Assembly: GCA_965261085.1 (NCBI GenBank)
Contig: OZ253442.1
Location: 224,001 to 288,000, forward strand
DNA from: a bacterium
GTDB lineage: Bacteria; UBA8248
Reading direction: 5' to 3'
Length of the DNA stretch: 64,000 nt
A program made the position numbers and the translations under genes. Within the stretch, counting starts at the first letter, position 1. Each line of letters opens with the position of its first letter. The notes below the pieces were generated by a model, which was not told where the DNA came from, ran no database searches, and saw only the letters and a list, made by a program, of their open reading frames with translations. Positions 36,834 to 45,816 of this stretch are shown here, in pieces.

Positions 36834-38078
36834 CTAAGAAGCCCTATCGTGCAGGGCAATCCATTCCTCAGCCTCTTTCTCTGTATATGTCCCGGTATGG
36901 GCCCCCATACCTTCCCACGGCTTGCAACAAGGCGGCTTGTCGACATGCGGCTGTAGCATCATGCGCAACATCTGCACATCCCCACAATAGGATACACCCG
37001 CATCAGGACAATCATTTCTCAAATCGGACAATCCCTTGGCAAGATAATCCACGTATTCTTTACTTAACCCACCACTCAATATAACCTCGGAAAAATCGGT
37101 TTCCTTCCCGATAGCCTCCTTGATGCGCTCTGGATAAGACATTTCAACATCCCATATAGAATTTCCGGTTCCTTGCATATGCACCTTGGCAAAGAGAGTC
37201 CCCTGCATTCCGGTCCTGTAAAAATAAGCCCCTTGCATTTGCGTCTCTGATAGGTGAGCGCATTGCATCCGTGTTCCCAGCAGATAAGCGCCTTGCATCT
37301 GTGTTCTCGCCATCGTAGAACTTTGCAAGCAGGATCTTCTGAGATCAATTCCTTGCATCTGTGCTCCATTGAGATTGGAACCTTGGAGATATGAATCTCC
37401 AAGATAAGTCGCTCGCATATGCGTACCAGCCAGATTGGCCCCTGCAAGGTGTGCTCCCCCTAGATCCGCTCCATTCAGCCAACTCCCCTGCAAGTTGATG
37501 TGAAGAGCTTTGAAGACTTCATGCTCCTGCACGAAAAGCAGAGTCAGCAAACTTTGAATTTCCTCTGAGGGTTTCGACTTGTACTGTTCCCGATACTCGT
37601 CTTCGCCCGTCGTGCGGCGTATATAGGCGCAGAGGATATCCAGAACGGTTTGACGAAGGTCTTTGGTATCTTGCGCCAGATGGAAGAGTTCATAGGCCCC
37701 GCCAAGACGCACGGATTCCGAATCGTGCCCCAGATGCTCGATGGCGTTTCTCAGGCGCTCCTGCCGCAACCCCTTCTCGGTGTTCTGGTTGGCTTTTGCT
37801 TGCTCCGCAGTAGCTCCGGCCTGCGCATTCGCAGCATCCTCCATCGCTTTGGCGCGTTTGTAAGATAGTACGGCCTGGATGGCGAGCAGGATGCCGCCCA
37901 TAGCAACGCCCAGAAAGTTCAGAATTCTGAACTTGTCGGATATTCCAAAGAGCCTGAAGGCCCACACCGGTTTTACAGTGAACATGACGCCAGCAAAAGC
38001 GGACAGCAAGGAAGTAAGCAAAACAATCAGCAAAACTATCAGAACATTTGAGGATTTCAGCCCGTTCAGCATCAGCAT
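36834..38078 (-). CDS. Membrane-anchored pentapeptide-repeat protein
   Basis: Two TMs, ERL.NAIEHLG......RLGGAYEL, and A(D/N)L.GA-type repeats. Confidence 0.85.
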   Translation of the reverse strand: MLMLNGLKSSNVLIVLLIVLLTSLLSAFAGVMFTVKPVWAFRLFGISDKFRILNFLGVAMGGILLAIQAVLSYKRAKAMEDAANAQAGATAEQAKANQNTEKGLRQERLRNAIEHLGHDSESVRLGGAYELFHLAQDTKDLRQTVLDILCAYIRRTTGEDEYREQYKSKPSEEIQSLLTLLFVQEHEVFKALHINLQGSWLNGADLGGAHLAGANLAGTHMRATYLGDSYLQGSNLNGAQMQGIDLRRSCLQSSTMARTQMQGAYLLGTRMQCAHLSETQMQGAYFYRTGMQGTLFAKVHMQGTGNSIWDVEMSYPERIKEAIGKETDFSEVILSGGLSKEYVDYLAKGLSDLRNDCPDAGVSYCGDVQMLRMMLQPHVDKPPCCKPWEGMGAHTGTYTEKEAEEWIALHDRAS

Positions 38079-38592
38079 CGGTATCTCTTCGTCTCATTTT
38101 CATCCGGTCGGGAAAACACAGTCAAAAACACTCTTTGAGAAAGAGTCAAGCGGTTTCCGCACTTCAAGACTTGTCGGTATCCAAGTATGTGCGCCGGAGC
38201 TCAGACAAGACATCGGCCTGCAGGTCGTTGAAACACTTCAAATCCATCATACCGGGCGCGTCTGGATGGGCGAACGTATTCCGGTAATCCCGATGCCTTT
38301 GATTGAAACTCTGACCAACCTTAATGTAATTTCTTCTGCGTCTCAACAATTAACCTAGAGATACGAACGACGATCCTCGAGTACATCCAAGGCGCTACAG
38401 CCCGAACCGCTACGGCTCTATCTCAGGCACCTTGGTCCCAAAGATTTTAAACGGGCTGTGGCGGTAGCTAGACCGCTGGCGACGGATCAGACGCTATCAT
38501 GGTGCGCGGAGCGGTGGCTGCTGAACCAAGACTGTGGATCGCTGGTGACTGGCCGTGCTCAAGCCGTTGTTAGCCAGGTTTGGGAGGACTCT

Positions 38593-38750
38593 CCGACAAA
38601 CCCGCGCCGAGATGCGCGGGGGTTTGATTCTCCTCGTTTCCGTTTTGATTACACTCTGCGAAAGGCGAACCCCGAGCGAGATTACGAATATTCAACATAT
38701 TCCAATGAAATCAACGGGATAATGAGATTTCATTACTGTTGAAAATCCCT
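38593..38750. repeat. Dispersed non-coding repeat of about 155 bp, copy 1
   Basis: Collinear with 45299-45456; identical 23-bp core TCCTCGTTTCCGTTTTGATTACA at 38631-38653. Confidence 0.75.
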
Positions 38751-38980
38751 AACTGTTCTGAAGACGGACGACGCGGTGGATCGGTCCAGATTACGTTCAT
38801 AAAAAAGATGGATAGGTGGCTCCCGGGCAAGATACACAACAGGAGTCTGGCGACCCCTCTTCTGTTACAATACATATTAATGGCTTTAACCAGCAGAAGG
38901 TGTTGAGTTAATTCAAGGCATTAAACTAGGGAATTCCGATTCTTCATGTATACATTTGAAGATTAACCCGAAGAGAGAAT

Positions 38981-41900
38981 ATGACTCAAGTTGGTGGCCC
39001 AGCCGCGATCAATGGCTTTCTCTATCAGATAATTCACCATATTAGCTGGCTGTCCAACGTTACCTTGAAGGGTAAATTGGACGGTCAGGTAGTTGATGAC
39101 GCATGTTTGGTGCTGGAGCCTCGCAGTGGCGGCGATGCCCGTGCGGAGGCATCAGGCATTTATATTGTAGAGCAATACAAGACCCGTGCAGACGGCACGT
39201 GGTCTCTCTCCGACATGGAAGCTGTCCTGTGCGACCTCCAAAAGGCAATACCGCCATCGTTTCCGGCGAATGCCCGTTACCGTTTCGTAACTGACGGCCG
39301 ATCCGGCAGATTAGATACCTTCAAGGCGTTCCTTGCCGATGTGAAGGCGGCTGACGGTCCGGATGACCTTGATAATGACGAAAAGAAAAATTTTAGCACT
39401 GACATTGTTGCGACCAACCGCGAGTTTTTCGACCGCATCAACAACGCAACAAGGCACGGTATTCCCCAATCGACCGCCGAGGAGCGCGTTGCCACCTTCC
39501 ATCTATTGTCACGTTTTGAAATGGAATTTTCCGTCAGTGGCAACACCCATGCGGCAGCAATTGAGAGGCTCTTGCGGTGTTACGCGCCCGATCTCGGGGA
39601 TGAACGTGGGATTCGGGAGCGTCTGGTCGGCGTACTGTTTGAAAAGCTGGGCAAGGGTGAAACACGGCTCGATGCTTCTGCCATAGATGCCATATTCCGG
39701 GTTGTCGGCCTCAACCCGGACCGGCTGCATAGGTTGGCGATTTTGCCTGAGACCATGAGTGAATTGACTTGCCGCCGTCTTGCCGGACTTAAGTACCAGC
39801 TCGATCGAGACGTACGAGGTGCTCCCGAATGGCCGGCGGGAAAACCTGTATTGCTCATTGCGGGAGAAAGTGGCGTTGGCAAGACTTGGCAGTTGGGACG
39901 ATTGCTGGAAGCGCTGGGAAAGCAGCGTAATTTCGTCACCTTGGTGCGTACAGCCCAAACTCGTGAAGACTTGCTGACCCAAGCTTCACGAGATTTTTGG
40001 CAACTAGGCCTCGGCGAAACATCCGAAAAGTCGCTCCTTGCCGTGTCGCTTTTTCTCCGTGAGCTGCAGCCACATCAGTCGACACCTGGGCTGGTCGTCG
40101 CACTCGACGACGTTCAGGACATCGATCTCGCCAGGGATCTTGTCCGCCAGGATTGGGCTGACCGGGGCATTCGCCTGGTATTGACCGTTCCGACCACAGT
40201 GGCACAGGCGCTTGCTGTAACCGACAGCGATGTAGTTTGCGAATATATTGTTGGTGATTTTTCGATCCAAGAACTTGATTCACTCTTGAAAAGGACCGGT
40301 CGGCGATGGGCCAATCTTCCGTCAGATCTGAAGATGCTTCTGCGCAGGCCTATTCTTGCCGGTCTCTTCCTTGAACTCCCATATAGTTCAGTGCAGAGCG
40401 CTCCGCGCAGCGAATATGAGATATTCGATCGGTTTTGGCAGAGGATCTCAGCCAAGGGCAGGCACGGAGACGAAGGAGTCGTGACGGCCCTCGCCGCTCA
40501 TGTTCTCGCAGGGAAGCCCTATCCTCTTTTGCGGCCGGAGTGGTCCGAGATTGGCCTAACCGAGGATGAAACCGTTGTGCGACTCGAAGCCACTGGCTGG
40601 TTTCGAAGCACGAAGAGTGGCGAGGTAGTGTTCGCGCATGACCGTCTCCTAAATTGGGCGGTTGCAAAGTCGTTGGTACAACAATTCGACCGCGGGGAAC
40701 TGTCGGTCGACGATCTCGGGGAGATTCTCGCGGACCAACGCGGAAATCAAGCTCAACGCGCACGGAGCCGGCTCGACTATGTTCCCATGGATGTGCTGTG
40801 GTTGCTTGCGGAAGACGAACAGAACTCCCGGATGCTCAGCCGGCTTATCGCGCGAATGGAGGACAGAAGCGAATACGGGAGCTACGGTGAGACGCTGTAT
40901 GTTCATCTCCTGCCAACTCTCGGTCAGCGCGTGGTGCCGATTCTCTTAGAGCGACTGGATGAAATCACCATGGGCTCGGACGGAGACTACCGGCTCGGGT
41001 TCATCGGTAAGGCTTTTACCTCCCTCGTGCAGCAGGAAAATTGCGAGTTGAAGGAAGCCATCGATTCTCTGTTGAGCGATTCTTCCCATGACTTGCAGAA
41101 TGTCGCTTTAAAAATGCTTACGGCAGTGCCCAGTACAGAACATCTTGACCGTGTTTGGGAACTCCACCAGCAGCGTCTTTACGAATTGGAAGAGAAAAAA
41201 GATGTCTCAAGGCATAGCGACTATCAAACCAGTTTTGCAGCTCTACTCGCCGGAATTGCGCTGGCCCCCCGTTGGCTCAAAGATCGTATCCTTGCGGCCG
41301 ACGCGAAAAAGGAAAGTGTATCCGAATTCGGATTCTTGCTGAATGCACTGGAACACCCAGATGCACCTTCTATTTGGAAGGAGGCAGGGCATGCATTGAT
41401 GACCAAAGTTTCAGTCAACAAGCCGCGTTGCTTGCTGTATTGCATCGCGCGCTTTGCAGATAGAGATAATCTGGATTTTGTGAACCGCCACCTGTCAAGC
41501 TCCGAAGATTTCGCTAGCAGCGCAGCTCTCACAGCCCTATCGATCCTTGACCCTACAGCAGCCATCGACCGGCCCGTCGAGGTTGGGGATGCAGATCTTT
41601 ATTTTTTTCGCAATCATTGGCTTCCGATTCTGCTGCGCGCCCAACCGGAACTGACCCGCCGACGTATTCTTGAGCTCGCCGAAACGGATCCCCCAAAACT
41701 CCGATTAATAGTGGACCTTTTCTGGGAGCGGCCAGACGAGGTGGACTGTACTATGCTTCGTTTTATATTGCGCACATTGGAAAATGACTTTCGTACGCAT
41801 CCTCAAGGAGCACTTAGAGGAGATCAACTCTGGCTCTACCATCCGCTGGACTTCCTTGGGCGCATTACCCGCCTGGAGCTATTGACCATTCTCGAAGCCG

Positions 41901-43519
41901 AAGCGGGCGGGGAATTGGAAAACATGATCGTAGCCGCTGCGTGCAATCGCTTACATACAAACAGCAATACCCGCGACACCATTCTCGAAAATGCACGCCG
42001 TGTCCTTATTCTCATGGGTGGCGATGGCATCGCAGACCTGATCAAACGCGAGTTGGAGTCCGAGCATTTTGGGGTTCGCCATGGTGGTTTGAATTGGGCC
42101 GCCGTACGTGTTGACGACGGTATCGTGGATCGGCTTACGGTATTAGCGTCCCAACCAGTGCCGCAAGATGCTGACGAAAATATGAAGTCTCGCTTTTATC
42201 AGGAGTTCTGCCAGTCGATGACCGCACTCGCTTCGTTGGGCGCCGATACGGCTTTGGTCGAAACACTGAATAACAGTGGTTTGGTAATGGTATCGCCCGA
42301 TCTTGCCCAGCTTCGAGCTCACCGAGGTCCGATGCCAAAAGCCCTCACGAACCAGACGCTTCAAACACTTCAAAATGTAAAATCATCTGAGGATTTGCTG
42401 CTAACCGCACTGGTAATTGCTTGGTTAAGTGGTGATGCGGATCTGATCCTACCGGTGCGCTCTGTCTTGGAGAAAGCGGACAAGGAGGGGCGAGTCGCCG
42501 CAAATGCCTGCATCACGCTTCAAGCGCTTGGTGATACCTCGGATGATTTCGCACAGCTTGCTTATTCCCTGCTTTACACTGCAAGGAATTCAGAGTGGGG
42601 TCTGCAAGCACTAATCCGTATGGGAAACCAGGGGGCAAACCTACTGGTGAACTATTTGAAGAGTAGGACCCCTCTGAAGCGAAACAATCTTGACGATCTG
42701 ATAATTCGTGTTTTGTATGACAATCCTGCGACTAGAAAGCTAAGTATCGATACAGCTGTTGAACGTTGTCGCCGGGGACAGGTATTGCGCGACTGCCCCT
42801 ATGACATTGCTGCCGAAGGGGGTGACGCTGCGTTGAGGGAACAAATTCTCGACAAGGCGTTTGCCTCTCGTTCTTTCTCTATAATGCAGCCGCTTCGTGC
42901 CATTGAGGGTTTGGCGAAGTTCGATGTTACGCGAGCTGTCGAGGCGATCGAGCTTGCGTTCCAATTCCACTCAAAAGTTGAGCGGGAGCTATGTAAGCTG
43001 CTCGTACGAATCGCGCCGGAGTCCGCGGCAAGGCGGCTAGTCGATGCTGCAGTCCCTATCGAACGGAAATCCTTTCGCCCAGCCGTGGGTAGGGCATTGC
43101 GATGTCTCGATTCGGGTGTTGTTTCGCGTCTATTGGTTGAGCGAATGAATGGCTTGTTGTCTGAACGCAAGATAGCCGCGGAACTTGCCAGTTGGCTGCC
43201 TACATCAGCGATATCGGATGCAGTCGGCAGGCTCGCCGATCATGATAGTGCCAACGAGGTCAGGCACGCTGCGCTCGCAGCGCTTGAGTGCCATCGACGG
43301 GAAATCAATGTCGCCGCCCTTCTAGCGGCCTTCCCAATGGCAACTCCGGACCGACGGTGGAGTTTGTTGATTGCGATCCTGGAAGCTGGCGACCCGTATC
43401 TGCTCACTGACTATGAAGATCCACTCTGGTTGGGGAACATACTTACGGAGGACTTACCGGCCGTGTACGAACATCACGCGAACGGTGTATTGCTGCAACG
43501 CAAGAAAAAGGAAGACTGA
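38981..43519 (+). CDS. Nuclease-STAND NTPase-helical (HEAT-like) repeat protein, Avs/NLR-like defence candidate
   Basis: N-terminal GG.AA..GF.YQ...E....D......EQYK (Cap4/DUF4297-type PD-(D/E)xK); Walker A GESGVGKT; Walker B VVALDD; LRRPILAGL; FAHDRL; long helical C-terminus ending EVRHAALAAL. Confidence 0.75.
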   Translation: MTQVGGPAAINGFLYQIIHHISWLSNVTLKGKLDGQVVDDACLVLEPRSGGDARAEASGIYIVEQYKTRADGTWSLSDMEAVLCDLQKAIPPSFPANARYRFVTDGRSGRLDTFKAFLADVKAADGPDDLDNDEKKNFSTDIVATNREFFDRINNATRHGIPQSTAEERVATFHLLSRFEMEFSVSGNTHAAAIERLLRCYAPDLGDERGIRERLVGVLFEKLGKGETRLDASAIDAIFRVVGLNPDRLHRLAILPETMSELTCRRLAGLKYQLDRDVRGAPEWPAGKPVLLIAGESGVGKTWQLGRLLEALGKQRNFVTLVRTAQTREDLLTQASRDFWQLGLGETSEKSLLAVSLFLRELQPHQSTPGLVVALDDVQDIDLARDLVRQDWADRGIRLVLTVPTTVAQALAVTDSDVVCEYIVGDFSIQELDSLLKRTGRRWANLPSDLKMLLRRPILAGLFLELPYSSVQSAPRSEYEIFDRFWQRISAKGRHGDEGVVTALAAHVLAGKPYPLLRPEWSEIGLTEDETVVRLEATGWFRSTKSGEVVFAHDRLLNWAVAKSLVQQFDRGELSVDDLGEILADQRGNQAQRARSRLDYVPMDVLWLLAEDEQNSRMLSRLIARMEDRSEYGSYGETLYVHLLPTLGQRVVPILLERLDEITMGSDGDYRLGFIGKAFTSLVQQENCELKEAIDSLLSDSSHDLQNVALKMLTAVPSTEHLDRVWELHQQRLYELEEKKDVSRHSDYQTSFAALLAGIALAPRWLKDRILAADAKKESVSEFGFLLNALEHPDAPSIWKEAGHALMTKVSVNKPRCLLYCIARFADRDNLDFVNRHLSSSEDFASSAALTALSILDPTAAIDRPVEVGDADLYFFRNHWLPILLRAQPELTRRRILELAETDPPKLRLIVDLFWERPDEVDCTMLRFILRTLENDFRTHPQGALRGDQLWLYHPLDFLGRITRLELLTILEAEAGGELENMIVAAACNRLHTNSNTRDTILENARRVLILMGGDGIADLIKRELESEHFGVRHGGLNWAAVRVDDGIVDRLTVLASQPVPQDADENMKSRFYQEFCQSMTALASLGADTALVETLNNSGLVMVSPDLAQLRAHRGPMPKALTNQTLQTLQNVKSSEDLLLTALVIAWLSGDADLILPVRSVLEKADKEGRVAANACITLQALGDTSDDFAQLAYSLLYTARNSEWGLQALIRMGNQGANLLVNYLKSRTPLKRNNLDDLIIRVLYDNPATRKLSIDTAVERCRRGQVLRDCPYDIAAEGGDAALREQILDKAFASRSFSIMQPLRAIEGLAKFDVTRAVEAIELAFQFHSKVERELCKLLVRIAPESAARRLVDAAVPIERKSFRPAVGRALRCLDSGVVSRLLVERMNGLLSERKIAAELASWLPTSAISDAVGRLADHDSANEVRHAALAALECHRREINVAALLAAFPMATPDRRWSLLIAILEAGDPYLLTDYEDPLWLGNILTEDLPAVYEHHANGVLLQRKKKED

Positions 43520-44047
43520 AGAGTGGTTTTCCCTCTCTATTGAAGGGCTTCGATAAGCCGGGTCTGCTTAGCAATGGGGTGTCCCGCACGTACATCGGGA
43601 GCGAGACGTGCATAGCCGGAAATACGATGGTTCTATTTCCGGTAGAAGAAATGAACTTAAGGCGAGCGAACTTCCAATGCGACTCGGAATCCTGCGCGCG
43701 TGATAAGGTAATTAAGAGATAATTGAGTATCTGTTTGGTAGCGCCGGATGAAAATTTGACACAAACTCGCTAGTAAGCGCAGGAGTTGTAATTCGTCCGC
43801 TTCCGATTTGATTACGTATTGCAGATAATCAAATCCCCAACCAAGCTCGAAAAAATAAATATCTGCAACAGTTTCAATTAACTACGCAAATTTCACGCCT
43901 GTTGAAAATCCCCCACTGTCTGAAAACGGGCGATAAAAAGCTTGTGCAGATTCTTTTCGTCTGCTATTTTCCTGCCGGCTACACACTTGCCAGAGGACGT
44001 TTTTGATTTTCTTGATGCCCGAGAGGGCCCACGAGGGAGACATTGCG

Positions 44048-45073
44048 ATGAGACAGTACTTGTCCACCATAGTATGCGCGATTGTTGTCTTGGTATTGAC
44101 CGCAAGCGCCGCGTTCGCCGCAAGCGCGACGCTGGAGACGGTGAAAAAGCGCGGCAATCTCATTTGCGGCGTCAACACCGGCCTCACGGGTTTCTCCTCG
44201 CCCGACGACAAGGGCGTCTGGAGAGGTTTCGACGTCGATTACTGCCGCGCCGTCAGCGCAGCGGTTTTCGGCAATCCCGACAAGGTGACCTACAAGCCGC
44301 TGACCGGCAAGACGCGCTTCCCGGCGCTTCAATCGGGTGAGATCGACGTTCTCTCCCGCAACACGACGTGGACCTTCAAACGCGACGTGAACCTGGGCTT
44401 CGAGTTCGTCGGCGTGATGTATTACGACGGGCAGGGCTTCATCACCCGCAAGTCCCTCGGCCTCAAGAGCGCCAAGGAGCTCGACGGCTCTTCGGTCTGC
44501 ATTCAGACGGGCACCACGACCGAACTCAATCTGGCCGACTATTTCCGCAGCAACAAGATGAAGTTCAAATCGGTCGTCGTCGAGGACGCGGCCGAGGCGC
44601 GCCAGAACTACGCCGCCAACCGCTGCGACGCCTACACGACGGACCGCTCCGGCCTCGCGGCCCAGCGCTCCGTGCTCAAGAACCCGGACGCGCACGTGGT
44701 CCTGCCCGAAATCATCTCGAAGGAGCCCCTCGGCCCCGTCGTGCGCCACGGCGACAACGTATGGGGCGACATCGCCCGCTGGGTGCGCAACGCGCTCATC
44801 GTCGCCGAGGAACTCGGCCTCACTTCCAAGAACGTCGACGCCATGAAGAAATCGAACAACCCCGAGATCAAGCGCTTTCTCGGTCAGGAAGGCGACTTGG
44901 GCAGCATGCTCGGTCTCTCGAAGGACTGGGCCTACAACGTCATCAAGGGCGTGGGCAACTACTCCGAGATCTACGAGCGCCACATCGGCCCCAAGACGGC
45001 CATCGGCCTCGCGCGCGGCTACAACAACCTGTGGACGAACGGCGGAATTCTCTACTCGCCTCCGTTCCGCTAG
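44048..45073 (+). CDS. aapJ: General L-amino-acid ABC transporter substrate-binding protein (AapJ/BztA-like), orphan
   Basis: TL..VK.RG.L.CGV, GFDVDYCRA, RF.ALQSGEIDVLSRNTTWT, ISKEPLGP.VR.GD and VGNY.EIYER motifs; start trimmed to ATG 44048. Confidence 0.9.
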   Translation: MRQYLSTIVCAIVVLVLTASAAFAASATLETVKKRGNLICGVNTGLTGFSSPDDKGVWRGFDVDYCRAVSAAVFGNPDKVTYKPLTGKTRFPALQSGEIDVLSRNTTWTFKRDVNLGFEFVGVMYYDGQGFITRKSLGLKSAKELDGSSVCIQTGTTTELNLADYFRSNKMKFKSVVVEDAAEARQNYAANRCDAYTTDRSGLAAQRSVLKNPDAHVVLPEIISKEPLGPVVRHGDNVWGDIARWVRNALIVAEELGLTSKNVDAMKKSNNPEIKRFLGQEGDLGSMLGLSKDWAYNVIKGVGNYSEIYERHIGPKTAIGLARGYNNLWTNGGILYSPPFR

Positions 45074-45103
45074 GCTGCTTCTGCAACCGGTAACATGAAC
45101 CCG

Positions 45104-45135
45104 CTCCGGCCTCGGGGATTTCCCCGGGGCCGGAG
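45104..45135 (+). terminator. Strong hairpin after aapJ
   Basis: CTCCGGCCTCGGGG/CCCCGGGGCCGGAG stem; no clear U tract. Confidence 0.5.
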
Positions 45136-45298
45136 TGGCGCGTTTGCAATGAGTGGAGCGGTCGTATAATAGCGACGCGTGTAAAAACATTCAGGCGTCG
45201 AGTGAGATCGCCGCCAAAGGCAGTTGTTGATATTGCGCGGCGTAGCCGGTTTGGACCCATGCTTTTCTGACCGCCATCACCCCACGGTTGAATGGTTA

Positions 45299-45456
45299 CC
45301 GACAAAGACCCGCCGGGATACTCGGGAGTTTGAATTTCCTCGTTTCCGTTTTGATTACATTTTGTAGAAGGCGGAACCCAAATGGGAATGGGAACAATAC
45401 ATGTTTCCCAATGATGTCAACAGGATAACGGGATATCGTCGCCGCTAAAAACACTC
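45299..45456. repeat. Dispersed non-coding repeat of about 155 bp, copy 2
   Basis: Collinear with 38593-38750; core at 45337-45359. Confidence 0.75.
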
Positions 45457-45599
45457 CTCCGTCTCTATGCGGGCGGAAGGCATTGATGTTGGATCCACCG
45501 GAAGGACCCCCCGCGGTCGTTCACGACGCCATAGGCCGGAGCGGATCAGTGTACAATCTCAGACCCGCCGCGTTCTCTGACCAGTACCCATTCACCCCT

Positions 45600-45720
45600 C
45601 ACGTGGCCGCTCCCCCAGTTGGAGCCTACCCTGATCGAGAGGCCACGTTCCTTCTCGCCGTGAAAGAAGGCGAATGAGGCGTTCACGTCCCATTCCTCAT
45701 AGTCGCTCTCCTCGTGTCGT
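45600..45720 (-). pseudogene. Fragment of an outer-membrane beta-barrel C-terminal domain
   Basis: HEESDYEEWDVNASF......GLSIRVGSNWG is homologous to the fragment at 49470-49845; boundaries approximate. Confidence 0.55.
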
Positions 45721-45816
45721 GGGGCGCTTCGCAAAGCACCACTGCGGGTTATTCCCGACCGGGAAGGGTAGGGCGATCCCTCCCAAGGACCGCATTTGTA
45801 CAACTTCGCGCCCCGC

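Noticed and set aside
38164-38349. GIY-YIG-like fragment (YIKVGQS)
   Set aside because: Too short, and a single motif is insufficient support.
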